Virus record (IMG/VR): IMGVR_UViG_3300028558_000791
Coordinates: 372,001 to 436,000 of that record
Length of the DNA: 64,000 nt
Reading direction: 5' to 3' (one strand)
Part shown: positions 1 through 10,339 of the stretch, piece after piece
Position numbering within the stretch: the stretch's first letter is position 1
How the letters are laid out: every line of letters begins with the position of its first letter
Program-made: the position numbers and the translations under genes
Notes under the pieces: generated by a model
What the model saw: the letters and a program-made list of their open reading frames with translations, nothing else
Told to the model about the DNA's origin: nothing
Databases searched by the model: none

Positions 1-1058
1 GTATAGCTAACTAACTGTTTACCATTATCAGTTGAAACCCAAATGTTTCCGGCAGTAGGAAATCCCGTAGTAGAAGCTACTGTGATAGTACCGGCAGTCG
101 CTGTTGGCAATCTGGTCGCATTGGAGGCGGATGCAATTGTTGTTGTAGCAGTAGTTGTTGAAGCGACGTTAATAGTTGCTTGCGGCAAAGATTGACCGTT
201 AGATCCAGAAGCAATCGTAGTGGTAGTTGCAGAAACTATTGTAGAGAATCCAATGACACCTGTACCACCCGAACATCCTGTGAAAGTGGTAGCCGTTATT
301 CCGGTATAGCTAACTGTTTGCCTACCGGTACTAGTATAAACAAATAGAGTTCCGCTACTTGGAAATGGTGTAGTGGATGGGACCGTTAAGGTAGTTTGAG
401 GTAGAGTAGTTGCATTGTTAGCTACACCATTTCCAGTTCTCATAGCTCCAGTGCCACCCGTACAACCGGTGAAAGTAGTAGCCGTTTTTGCAGTATAGGT
501 TACAGTTTGCACGCCGTTATCAGTATACACTAAAATAGTTCCACTAGCGGGAAATACTGTTGTTGAGCTTACGTTAATAGTGCTTGTAGGAAGAGAAATG
601 GCATTAGAGCTAGATATGATTGTTGTATCTGGAGTAATTGATGTCCCACTTCTATAATCAATGACATAAGAATTAGTGCCAGTATCAAATCCGGTAATTA
701 GAAAACAACCTGAATTAGATTGTGGATTAGCCGTACTTCTTAGGACTAGTATTCTACCCTTATCGGTAGCAGAAACTGTTCTAGTCCCTGATGGAATAGA
801 AACGTTCAACTCGGTATTCAAACCTAGATTGATTCCGGCTCGTGAGCCGCCAGCAAAAGTTGGGGCACCAGTAGGAGTAGAGTCGGCGGTAGAGATTAGT
901 AACGTTCCAACAGAATTTATGTTGTAGTTCGTATCACCAACATAGGTATACAACAAAACTCTTCTTAAAAAGATCGTTGATAGATACGAGCCAATGAATG
1001 TAGAGGTTGTAGTATTGAAATTCTGTGTTACATAATCTCTGAGTAAATGCCTTACCAT
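1..1058 (-). CDS. Virion/tail-fibre-like protein, truncated by the window start; paralogue of 1559..3286
   Basis: Manual translation from the ATG at 1058 gives MVRHLLRDYVTQNF...YTYVGDTNY..., matching the N-terminus of 1559..3286, followed by several TTFTGCTGGTG modules. Missing from the ORF track because it runs off the edge. Confidence 0.8.
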   Translation of the reverse strand, partial: MVRHLLRDYVTQNFNTTTSTFIGSYLSTIFLRRVLLYTYVGDTNYNINSVGTLLISTADSTPTGAPTFAGGSRAGINLGLNTELNVSIPSGTRTVSATDKGRILVLRSTANPQSNSGCFLITGFDTGTNSYVIDYRSGTSITPDTTIISSSNAISLPTSTINVSSTTVFPASGTILVYTDNGVQTVTYTAKTATTFTGCTGGTGAMRTGNGVANNATTLPQTTLTVPSTTPFPSSGTLFVYTSTGRQTVSYTGITATTFTGCSGGTGVIGFSTIVSATTTTIASGSNGQSLPQATINVASTTTATTTIASASNATRLPTATAGTITVASTTGFPTAGNIWVSTDNGKQLVSY

Positions 1059-1067
1059 ATTTTACCT

Positions 1068-1586
1068 TTACTGGATCCATCTTGCTACTATTTTTATGTT
1101 GGAAAGAGTATTTCCAGAAGGAGGAGCGAAGAAAACATTCAAATCTACATTGGGTGGGTTTCTAGTTGGATCAAACACTTCAGGACGCGGCACGATTTCT
1201 TCTGAAATTATCCATGTTTCGTAGGAGCTAGTGTTCTGATTAAACCCAGATAGTTTGTAATATATCTGTTGGTCTTTAGGATGAGGATAAACTGTGTTAG
1301 TGTCTAGTTGAACTGTTTGAAAATTCAATTCTGGAATGGCACTATAGTTATCTATAAACCCATTATATCCTTGATCTCTGAATGAGCTTGATAGGTTTTG
1401 GACTGTATTGCCTCCGTAATTGCCATTATTACCTTCATACAACACATTGAATTCGCCTTGTGAACCTTTTGGTAGTACAGATCCGCCAAAATTTTGATCG
1501 AATCCTTGATAGGGAAGAGTGCTTCCGGCAGTGTTAATTCCTAAATCAGCGGAGTTACTCATGGTACGACCTGTGGACCATTCCAA
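1068..1586 (-). CDS. Hypothetical virion-associated protein (start may be 1562)
   Basis: 172-aa ORF packed between structural genes. Confidence 0.6.
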   Translation of the reverse strand: MEWSTGRTMSNSADLGINTAGSTLPYQGFDQNFGGSVLPKGSQGEFNVLYEGNNGNYGGNTVQNLSSSFRDQGYNGFIDNYSAIPELNFQTVQLDTNTVYPHPKDQQIYYKLSGFNQNTSSYETWIISEEIVPRPEVFDPTRNPPNVDLNVFFAPPSGNTLSNIKIVARWIQ

Positions 1587-3286
1587 GTTACATAAACACC
1601 ATTTCTCATATGCTGCCAGGAATGATTGGCATCGGTGGTTAGTGAATACTCACCAAAGTTAGATCGGCCCGCTCTTAGATGAGGAACAGTTCCAATAATT
1701 CTTGGTTCAAGAGGAAATAAGGTTTGTGAGACGCCGCTATAACCACTAAAAGTAGTTGCTGTTCCATTAACAATATCTACCGAGAATAGTTCTGTGGCAT
1801 TTAACCATACACCATCGGTTGCGCTACCATCGAATCCGGGGCTATTAAATTGACCTACCCCTGTAGTATAAGTCCAAAGAGACGGCACACTACTGCATGG
1901 TAGTCCGCCCTGTGATTGACTAACGCCTTGACCTAGATTGGAATCGGGTGTCGATCCGTTGCTGGCAAATACGTTTCCTGGAGACCAACCAACATTATTT
2001 GCGCTATTTCCATAGTCGTTGCTGTTATTGTTAGAAAGTCCAGAGCCATAACAAAATAATCTAGCCGCATTATTAGTTGGTAAAGGAAGAGGCTCATTTT
2101 CTGGCAAACCAAAAGCCAACATAAATGATTTTGGAGTGCTAGCATCAAATGCTCTTCGTGCAAACATTGCTACACCCTGTCCCGTATCATCACCAACAAT
2201 AGTTATTCTATATTGAAATGCAAAGAATGAAGAACCACCGATGGTAGTAGAAGCATCACCAAATCCAGGTGTATTGCCAGCGTATTGTGTAGTTGAATTT
2301 GCAATATATGTAAAATAGTATTGCGCAGTATGAAGATGTGGCCCGGCAATCGCATAATCTCCGGCAGAATTGCCGCCAAATCCAGGGATAGCCGTCATGA
2401 CTGGAACATTACCCTGAGTATTATTGTTGTTAGCATAATCAGAAAATGTCTCATGACATAATCTAACTTGCCAACCAAGTGAATGTGGACTTTGCATAAT
2501 AATACGTGGAGTTGTTGAATTGCCATTTCCGCCATAGTTAGCAGGCCAAGTAGTATTTGGATTACCAGAAACTGGGGCGAATGAATCTGCAGCATACAGA
2601 TACCAAATCATACTATCAAAAGATTCTTGAGGAGGTAATCCTGCAGCACCCATCGTCCTATAATCAATAATATAACTATTAGTAACTACCGCACCACCAC
2701 TAACATAAGCTCCATTACCAGTAGTATTGATTGTAAATTGTGTACCATTCAAAACTGTAATAGTCCAAGTTCCATTAGCTGCTGTATTTCCAACTACTCC
2801 AGAAATAGCGACTGTTTGGCCGGTAGTTAGTGTATTAGTGGCAGTTGTAGTTATTGTAATTGGTGATACGCCGTTACCTGTAGTTGTTTGAACGCTTAGA
2901 TTTAATGCTTCAAATCCGGTGATGTTGTATACTCCAGAATTGGAAGTTGAATTAGCTGTGCTTTTTAGAACCAATAGACGGCCAACATCAGATAATCCAA
3001 CTGTTCTAATAGAAGGGGGAACCCAAACATAGAATTCTCTTCCGGTACCCTGATTGATGCCAGCTTTAGTACCAGCAGCAAATGTTGGCGTAGCTGCTGT
3101 TGGAGTAGAATCAGGAGTAGCAATTAACAATGTTCCTACTGTATTAAGTGGGTAATTAGTATCTCCAATATAAGTGTATCCAAGAATTCTTCTCATAAAA
3201 ATTCCAAGAATATATCCAGCCGCCCACTGCTTACTAGAAGTGGAAACGTTTTGAACAAGATAATCTCGAACTGTATGTATGGCCAT
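1559..3286 (-). CDS. Virion/tail-associated protein with an E1-FCCH-like beta module
   Basis: 575 aa, T/G/N-rich; contains PITITT...GQTVAISGVVGNTAANGTWTITV...AYVSGG. Confidence 0.7.
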   Translation of the reverse strand: MAIHTVRDYLVQNVSTSSKQWAAGYILGIFMRRILGYTYIGDTNYPLNTVGTLLIATPDSTPTAATPTFAAGTKAGINQGTGREFYVWVPPSIRTVGLSDVGRLLVLKSTANSTSNSGVYNITGFEALNLSVQTTTGNGVSPITITTTATNTLTTGQTVAISGVVGNTAANGTWTITVLNGTQFTINTTGNGAYVSGGAVVTNSYIIDYRTMGAAGLPPQESFDSMIWYLYAADSFAPVSGNPNTTWPANYGGNGNSTTPRIIMQSPHSLGWQVRLCHETFSDYANNNNTQGNVPVMTAIPGFGGNSAGDYAIAGPHLHTAQYYFTYIANSTTQYAGNTPGFGDASTTIGGSSFFAFQYRITIVGDDTGQGVAMFARRAFDASTPKSFMLAFGLPENEPLPLPTNNAARLFCYGSGLSNNNSNDYGNSANNVGWSPGNVFASNGSTPDSNLGQGVSQSQGGLPCSSVPSLWTYTTGVGQFNSPGFDGSATDGVWLNATELFSVDIVNGTATTFSGYSGVSQTLFPLEPRIIGTVPHLRAGRSNFGEYSLTTDANHSWQHMRNGVYVTWNGPQVVP

Positions 3287-3294
3287 TATATACC

Positions 3295-6200
3295 TTATAA
3301 GATGAAGAAGAGGTTTTGAGGAATAATCGTGTTATCCCAGATTATAGCAATTCCGTTTTGTACGTTAATGAATTGAGGTCCACCTGCAGTTCCAAATCTA
3401 TGAAAACCTGGTAGTGGTGTACTAGTAAATTTGATTGTTCTTAACTTAACTCTTCCAAGAGAATATTGATTAGTAACAGCAGGCAAACTTAATACACAAT
3501 CAGAAGCCAAGACGGTACCTCTAATAGTATTAAATGCTAATCTAACGTCTGTTAGCTGTGTACCAAAGTTAGGAGTTCCATCTCCAAACAAAGACTTAGA
3601 CAATGCATAGTGAGTTCTGACAGCCCCATCAGTTCCTTTCATTAAGAATCCACGTGATATGTTACCTCCAGCATTGCTGTTAGTGATAACATAAACTGAT
3701 CCGTTAAATACTCCGCCTCTATTTAACGCTACCATAGGATTAGTATCTGAAGCAGATGGATACAGTCTAGTTGGAATCTCGACATGTATATAAGAGGATC
3801 CATCGCCACTGTTTACATCTTTGAAATGCATCCAGAAGAAACCTGGATCAGCAGCCATAGTTACAGCCATGGTGGTTGCCGGAGATCCGTTGAACAAGTT
3901 GCCGCTTTGACTAGTGAATTGTCCAGTTGCATCTGTCTGTATATTGCCAGTAACTGGGAAGGCAACACCATTCCAATTTCCACCTGGTGACATATTCATT
4001 CCAATAGTGCCAGCAGAATCATTTCCAAATATCTGTACTTGACTATTAGCTTGACCAGGGTTTAAGCTAATAGAGGATGGATTGAATTGCATAACCATAT
4101 AGTTACCGTTACCAGAGCTAGCGTTTTGCGCCAAACCAACTTCAACTACTCTATAGTTAATGTTACTTCTCTGATTAAAAGATGGATGTAATGTAATAGG
4201 ATCTGGTGTGCCACCTGTGTTAATATTTATTCTTATTGTATTTGAGTTTACGACCGATGAGATGGTGTATATTCCATCTTCGCTGGTTCCTGAATTTGGC
4301 TGCCACATTACAAACAATTTGCCAACCATATTGATAGTGCTTACTGTTTGTGTTCCGCCGCTCGTCCAAGCTCCATTAGGAATAGAGTTAATGATAGTTA
4401 AGTTAGTTCTGTCATTAATAATTCCACCACTAGTATAGGTTCCGCTTGGTACCGTACTGTTAAGTGAGAAATTTCTATTATCAATTCTAGTTACTGTGAA
4501 GATACCGTTAGCTCCATTCAAACCACCAATACCAGATGTTACAGAAAATTGATTGGTTGTTAAAGTAGTGCCAGTAGTCGTTGTAACTTGAACTGGAGAA
4601 CTCATAATACTGCCGGTTGAAATGGTTCCAATACCGCCTGTACCACCTGTGAAAGTTGTTGGCGTTGTAGCTGTATAGGCTACTGTTTGGGTTCCTTGAG
4701 TAGATACTACGTTGAATGTTCCAGTGGGTGGATAACATATGACTACCGCATTACCAGTACTCATAGTTCCAGTACCGCCAGTGCATCCTGTAAATGTAGT
4801 ACCTGTAGTTCCAGTATATGTGACTACCTGGAATCCCGTGCTAGTGGTTACGTAAACATATCCGCTTGTAGGGAATCCTGTCGTGGAGGATACGTTAATA
4901 GTTGATTGTGGAAGAGACGCTCCGTTAGAACCTGCGGTAATAGAAGTATAGTTTGATGCTGGTGAAAAAGCTGTGAATACAGAGCCACCGGCCGATGTAT
5001 TGCCAGTGCCATTAGTGCATCCGGTAAGTGTAGTTGCTGTCGTACCGGTATATGAAACTGGTTGAGTTCCAGTAGTTGTTACTATGTAAACAGTACCGGT
5101 AGTTGGGAAATTAGTAAAGAATCCGTTGTTGTTGATAGTATTACCAGATTGCATTAAACCAACACCACCCAAACATCCTGTAAAGGTTGTAGATGTGACG
5201 CCGGTATAAGTAACAGTTTGCGCAACAGGTGAAGGTGGCGCTACGCTACTATTAGTTAGCATAGTTCCAGTACCACCTGTACATCCAGTAAATGAAACTC
5301 CAGTAATACCAGTATAAGCAACTGAAGTTGCAAGAGCAACAGCACCACCAGTGGACATAGTTCCAGTACCACCAGTACATCCTGTGAAAGTTGTTCCAGT
5401 AGTTCCAGTATAAGCTACAATTTGTGGTCCGTTGGCAGTTGTTACAAAGATATTTCCTGAGGTTGGGAATCCGGTTGTAGCAGCAACGTTAATCGTTCCT
5501 TGAGGTAGAGTCTGTCCGTTAGATCCAACAGCAATAGTTGTTGTAGTTGATGTTCCTACAAGCAAGTTACCAGTTGTAGGAAATCCGGCAGTAGAGCCTA
5601 CGTTAATGGTCGATTGTGGCAAAGTTAATAAGTTAGATGGAACAGTAACGCTAGTAAAAGGTGTTGCAAATACGCTGATAGTTCCCGTAGTTGGAAACCC
5701 TGTAGTTGATGTCGCGTTAACAGTAGTTTGTGGTAAAGTACTGCCGTTAGAAGCCGCGAGAATTGTAGTACTAGCTGTGGCGGTTGCAGTTACGTTGACT
5801 GTAGAAGTTGGAAGAGTCTGAATACCAGATGTCGTTGTGAATGGTGCCGCAGTGCTAGAGTTGATAGTAGTTTGTGGTAAAGATAATCCGTTAGATGGAA
5901 ATGCAATACTTGTGTTAAAAAAGTTTGCAGTGCTAACATTGTAGGTTGGTATACTAACAACTTGAGTTCCGCCTGTTGATACTCCATTAGCTGATGTATT
6001 TCCAAGAACACCATTAACCACTACTGACTGTAAATTATTATAGGAGTTAGATGAGTTCAAAGTTAGCTGTATTGTTGCGCTAACAGCTCCACCAGTCGAC
6101 ATAGTTCCAGTACCACCAGTACATCCTGTGAAAGTTGTGCCAGTGATACCAGTGTATGTGACTACTTGGTTGCCAGCGCCCGTGGTTACGTTAATAGTTC

Positions 6201-7077
6201 CGCTAGCCGGGAAAGAAATCGATACTGCTCCACCAGTAAACATGGTGCCTATACCAAAAGTACATCCAGTAAATGTTGTTGCAGTTGTTCCTGTATATAG
6301 AACTTGAACTGTTCCTTCAGTAGTAGCTATGTTAATATAGCCTGCAGATGGGAATCCTACAGTTGAAACAACGTTAATGGTGCCAGTTGGTAATGACACG
6401 TTATTTGATGAAGCGGTTATTGTAGTAGAAATTGGTGTGGTAGTAGCTACGTTAATAGTTGATTGTGGAAGGCTTTGACCGTTAGATCCTGAAGCTATTG
6501 TGGTCTGAAAGTTGGAAGCGTTCGTAACAGTAAAGCTAGTTGCGGTAGAGGTGAATGGATTGCTATTAAGTGCGGTAAATATAGCATCGCCAGTAAAAGT
6601 TGTGCTAATCTGTGCGGCTGTGTATCCATCATTTCCTACAGCTAGAACAGTGTTTCCTTCTGTGAAGTTAGTGCTCCAAGCAAATGGAGTGGTATTAACC
6701 GTACCTCCACCCGTGTAACCGCCGTTTCCAGTGGTGCTATTTAAGCTAAATGTAGAGCCTGTAATAACTGTAATTTGATAGATACCATTAGCCGCAGTAT
6801 TTCCAAGAACACCATTAATACTAACCTGTTGGCCAGTAAATAAAGCATTAGTTGTAGTTGTGGTAACTACAATTGGAGAGGTGCCAGCTCCAGTGGTATT
6901 AGAAATGGAGTAGTTGAGTGATGAGGTTGTGGACATTCCACCTGGAGTTTGAAGTGCAGAGGTACCATTGACTGCATATCCCCAAAATTCATAAAGCATT
7001 TTAAGGAACTCAGATGCGCGTCCATTTTGGTTGTAATTGTAGATCATTCCTCTACAAAATCTTAATGCTGTTGCCAT
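3295..7077 (-). CDS. Large tail-fibre-like protein with 8 nested ~65-aa repeat modules and FCCH-like modules
   Basis: 1260 aa Thr/Gly-rich; repeated SNGxxLPQxTINVxSTxGFP and VxYTGxTxTTFTGCTGGTG halves. Confidence 0.75.
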   Translation of the reverse strand: MATALRFCRGMIYNYNQNGRASEFLKMLYEFWGYAVNGTSALQTPGGMSTTSSLNYSISNTTGAGTSPIVVTTTTTNALFTGQQVSINGVLGNTAANGIYQITVITGSTFSLNSTTGNGGYTGGGTVNTTPFAWSTNFTEGNTVLAVGNDGYTAAQISTTFTGDAIFTALNSNPFTSTATSFTVTNASNFQTTIASGSNGQSLPQSTINVATTTPISTTITASSNNVSLPTGTINVVSTVGFPSAGYINIATTEGTVQVLYTGTTATTFTGCTFGIGTMFTGGAVSISFPASGTINVTTGAGNQVVTYTGITGTTFTGCTGGTGTMSTGGAVSATIQLTLNSSNSYNNLQSVVVNGVLGNTSANGVSTGGTQVVSIPTYNVSTANFFNTSIAFPSNGLSLPQTTINSSTAAPFTTTSGIQTLPTSTVNVTATATASTTILAASNGSTLPQTTVNATSTTGFPTTGTISVFATPFTSVTVPSNLLTLPQSTINVGSTAGFPTTGNLLVGTSTTTTIAVGSNGQTLPQGTINVAATTGFPTSGNIFVTTANGPQIVAYTGTTGTTFTGCTGGTGTMSTGGAVALATSVAYTGITGVSFTGCTGGTGTMLTNSSVAPPSPVAQTVTYTGVTSTTFTGCLGGVGLMQSGNTINNNGFFTNFPTTGTVYIVTTTGTQPVSYTGTTATTLTGCTNGTGNTSAGGSVFTAFSPASNYTSITAGSNGASLPQSTINVSSTTGFPTSGYVYVTTSTGFQVVTYTGTTGTTFTGCTGGTGTMSTGNAVVICYPPTGTFNVVSTQGTQTVAYTATTPTTFTGGTGGIGTISTGSIMSSPVQVTTTTGTTLTTNQFSVTSGIGGLNGANGIFTVTRIDNRNFSLNSTVPSGTYTSGGIINDRTNLTIINSIPNGAWTSGGTQTVSTINMVGKLFVMWQPNSGTSEDGIYTISSVVNSNTIRININTGGTPDPITLHPSFNQRSNINYRVVEVGLAQNASSGNGNYMVMQFNPSSISLNPGQANSQVQIFGNDSAGTIGMNMSPGGNWNGVAFPVTGNIQTDATGQFTSQSGNLFNGSPATTMAVTMAADPGFFWMHFKDVNSGDGSSYIHVEIPTRLYPSASDTNPMVALNRGGVFNGSVYVITNSNAGGNISRGFLMKGTDGAVRTHYALSKSLFGDGTPNFGTQLTDVRLAFNTIRGTVLASDCVLSLPAVTNQYSLGRVKLRTIKFTSTPLPGFHRFGTAGGPQFINVQNGIAIIWDNTIIPQNLFFIL

Positions 7078-7167
7078 TTATTCTCCATTTACCCAAAATG
7101 TCGTATTATTGAGTGTTATTCTCTACACTCTGCATTGGCAAATCTTCAAATCTTATCAAAGAGATGT

Positions 7168-8694
7168 TTATGTCGTCAAAGTAGGAATAGTTTGAATCCA
7201 GGATCCAATTACTTCAACTGTAGAATATGGTCCGCCACACGATGGTGCAGGGGCATTTGCCAAAGAAACTTGCGTATCTGTCCATACCACTGGGGTTGGA
7301 GTAGAACATCCTAAGTCAAAAGCTTGTAATTTATAAACAAATTGAACTGTCGGAGTGATTGTCTGAATGCCGTATTTATAAACATTTTGAAAATAGGAAA
7401 GCGGTCTAGCTACATTAGCTATTCTGATATCTTGAATCATATAATTAGCTTCTTCTTTGTTAGCAGATCCAGTAGCTGTAATAGCGCCAATCTTCCAAGG
7501 ACCACTTCCGTTGACTCCATCAGTATAGCTAATGGCGGCGCTAGAGGCTACTGAATTGAATTGAGTGGCGCCAGTATAGAAAATACACTGAGTTCCATTT
7601 AGGTAAGCTTTTAATGAAGTACCGTCGTAAGTCATTCCGATATGTGACCATGAAGAAAGTGGAATTGGATAGTCATCTATTTGAATAGAAATTTGAGTCG
7701 ATGTACTATTAGCGAACTGACATATCCAAGAAAGCCCGCTAGTAGTAGTTAACATAGATATATTGATAGCATAGAATGGTGCCGTCCAAGTTTGCGTGCT
7801 ATTAGTATCCCTATATTGTTTAGCTATGAGACTACCATTATTAGATGAGTTATACGATCTGACATAAACCCACGCTGAAACAGTCATTGGGAAAGCTGGC
7901 TGTATAGTATTAGCTCCCTGAGCATAATTTCTAATGGCAGAAGATCCGTTAGGAAAATTTCCAGTTCCAGGAATGAATGGACAAGAATCAAATATGCCAT
8001 TTCCATTTCTTAGAACGGTTGTTGTATTCAGTGAATAAGTTAATTTTGTTCCATTGGCTGGAATGTTAATACCATTACCAAATATAGTTGCAAAAGTTCC
8101 TGCAGAACTTTGAATGCCCGCACAACCTGTAAATCCAGAAGTGGCGGTAGAGTTTCCATAGATAACTTCAAAAGTCTGGCTATTCTCAAATAACCTTATT
8201 TCATAGTTAAGTGTACTAGTCTGGCCGAATGGCCTATTTCTAAATTCTATATTGAATATCCTGCTACCTGCTGAGCCTACAGTGGACGTAAAAATACCAA
8301 AGCCAGCAGTACTAGTATCTTCATCTCTAGTAAAACCAAAAATGGTAGCGCCAAAATCAGCACGGGGCATAGTAACGTTAAATGCTTGAGTCGCAAGTCC
8401 AAATTCTATAAATCCATTAGATGATACGTTAACAGAACTATATGTAGTGCCATAAAATGTAAAATTAAATGGCAAAGCTACTACAGTCATAGCTTCATCA
8501 GCATGATTACCAATATCAGTAGTTCCGGGATCAATAGACGCGCCAGAAGTTTGTGTTATCGAATAAGCTGTTGTAAGATTCAAATCAGTAGTAGTGCTAT
8601 TAGGAGATTGTGTGCCTGTATTTCTATAAGCTCCAGTCTGCTCATTCAATTTCCAAACTATGATGTCATTAGAATCTGGTAAAGTTCTGGCCAT
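7168..8694 (-). CDS. LamG/concanavalin-A-like lectin domain virion protein
   Basis: TVSAWVY...WSHIGMTYDGTSLKAYLNG...IQDIRIANVAR LamG pattern. Confidence 0.8.
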   Translation of the reverse strand: MARTLPDSNDIIVWKLNEQTGAYRNTGTQSPNSTTTDLNLTTAYSITQTSGASIDPGTTDIGNHADEAMTVVALPFNFTFYGTTYSSVNVSSNGFIEFGLATQAFNVTMPRADFGATIFGFTRDEDTSTAGFGIFTSTVGSAGSRIFNIEFRNRPFGQTSTLNYEIRLFENSQTFEVIYGNSTATSGFTGCAGIQSSAGTFATIFGNGINIPANGTKLTYSLNTTTVLRNGNGIFDSCPFIPGTGNFPNGSSAIRNYAQGANTIQPAFPMTVSAWVYVRSYNSSNNGSLIAKQYRDTNSTQTWTAPFYAINISMLTTTSGLSWICQFANSTSTQISIQIDDYPIPLSSWSHIGMTYDGTSLKAYLNGTQCIFYTGATQFNSVASSAAISYTDGVNGSGPWKIGAITATGSANKEEANYMIQDIRIANVARPLSYFQNVYKYGIQTITPTVQFVYKLQAFDLGCSTPTPVVWTDTQVSLANAPAPSCGGPYSTVEVIGSWIQTIPTLTT

Positions 8695-8697
8695 AAT

Positions 8698-9618
8698 TTA
8701 TCCTATCACATTCCAGGTTTCAACTACTTCTACTGGTCCATAACTACCGCCACATGGCCCAGCAGGCGCAGCATTGATAGAAATCGAAGTAGAAACCCAA
8801 TAAACGGGCGTTGGCGTACTGCAAGATAGATCATAGGCACGAAGCTTATAATAAGTTGTGAGTCCAGAACCAGTAGAGGCAGGACTTATTCCGCTGTTGT
8901 ATACGTTTTGAAAATAAGAAAGTGGTCTTACTACATTGGCTATTCTAAAATCACATAATGACATAGAACTTTCTTCTGGGTTACCAGATCCGGAAGGAAT
9001 AGCACCAAAGAACCATGGACCATGACCACTATAGTTTATTGATCCCGTTGTAGATGCAGTGCCATATAAGGTTCCATCCATATATCCATTTACAGTTGCT
9101 CCATCATAAGTCAAACCTAAATGGAACCATCTTCCTTGTGGATATTGATTGGCTGATGGAATCGATATTGTAGTGGCTCCAAAATCCATATTCAACTGTA
9201 ATGGTAAGCTTGAAGATCCTTTAGTATGAAAACTAAAAATAGCGAATGTCGGGCTACTCCAAATTCCAGCAGTGTCTTGTTTGTTAGCCATGTGCTGATC
9301 AAATCCTGTTGGATTAGTAGCTCTAAGAAAAAACCAACCAGAGAATGTAACTGGGGCTTGTGGTTCAACAGTATTGGCGCCTGAAATATAATTGCGTGTA
9401 CCGCTATTATTTCCAGTAAAGCGAACACAACTATTCAATCCACTAGCAGAGAATAAACTAGGCTGTTGTATTAAAAAGGATCCTCCAACGGTGGTTAAAT
9501 TGGCCGCAGAACCAAGAGAATTAATTGACGTAGAAGAGTTAGCGAAAACAGTTGCTGTGCTGTCATCAAACTTCCATACTACAATATCATTATTATCTGG
9601 TGTTACTCTATTACCCAT
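8698..9618 (-). CDS. LamG/concanavalin-A-like lectin domain virion protein
   Basis: TFSGWF...WFHLGLTYDGATVNGYMDG...DFRIANVVR; paralogue of its neighbours. Confidence 0.8.
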   Translation of the reverse strand: MGNRVTPDNNDIVVWKFDDSTATVFANSSTSINSLGSAANLTTVGGSFLIQQPSLFSASGLNSCVRFTGNNSGTRNYISGANTVEPQAPVTFSGWFFLRATNPTGFDQHMANKQDTAGIWSSPTFAIFSFHTKGSSSLPLQLNMDFGATTISIPSANQYPQGRWFHLGLTYDGATVNGYMDGTLYGTASTTGSINYSGHGPWFFGAIPSGSGNPEESSMSLCDFRIANVVRPLSYFQNVYNSGISPASTGSGLTTYYKLRAYDLSCSTPTPVYWVSTSISINAAPAGPCGGSYGPVEVVETWNVIG

Positions 9619-10327
9619 TTATATGAACCCCATTATAATAAATGTTAGCAAAATAACTTTGTGGGCGAGCAATGTTAGCTACCCTAATATCTTGGATAAG
9701 TGCCGGAGCACCTTGAACAGTTGCAGAACCCGGAATAGCTCCCGCATACCATTGTCCTCTATTACCTGCTGTACCATAGTCTATAGTTCCAGAGAAAGCC
9801 GAGCTAGCAACCACAGAGCCATTCATATAAGCTATAAGTGTAGCGCCATCCCAAGTACCTCCGATATGATACCATCGTCCTGGGGCTATAACATTATTTG
9901 AGCCTGAAGATACAGATTGTAATGTTCCATTAAGTGTAATGTAAAAATGCCATTGACCATCACTTGTATTATCCATTTGTATACCAAACGTTAAGAATGG
10001 TGATGACCATCCATTCAAAAAATATTGCTTATTGAATAACTCGGCAAAAAAGTTTGGACTTCTTCTAACAAATACCCATCCAGATAGAGTGAGTGTTGGA
10101 GTTACAATAACATCATTAGCTCCGCCGGCCCCATCATGATTAGGAGAAACAAAACTACCTGGTACATATAAAGCTCGTCCTACGATACCTTGTGTATTAG
10201 AAATTGGATTACCATAATCGGCCCAATTACCAACGCTGCCAAAAGTACCCGTATTAACATGTGTGCCAGGGCCATCGTCTAGGGCCCAAACAAAGACATC
10301 ATTTGAATCTGGTAAAGTTCTAGCCAT
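9611..10327 (-). CDS. LamG/concanavalin-A-like lectin domain virion protein
   Basis: TLSGWV...WYHIGGTWDGATLIAYMNG; same MARTLPDSND N-terminus as 7168..8694. Confidence 0.8.
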   Translation of the reverse strand: MARTLPDSNDVFVWALDDGPGTHVNTGTFGSVGNWADYGNPISNTQGIVGRALYVPGSFVSPNHDGAGGANDVIVTPTLTLSGWVFVRRSPNFFAELFNKQYFLNGWSSPFLTFGIQMDNTSDGQWHFYITLNGTLQSVSSGSNNVIAPGRWYHIGGTWDGATLIAYMNGSVVASSAFSGTIDYGTAGNRGQWYAGAIPGSATVQGAPALIQDIRVANIARPQSYFANIYYNGVHING

Positions 10328-10339
10328 AATTAAACTCCG

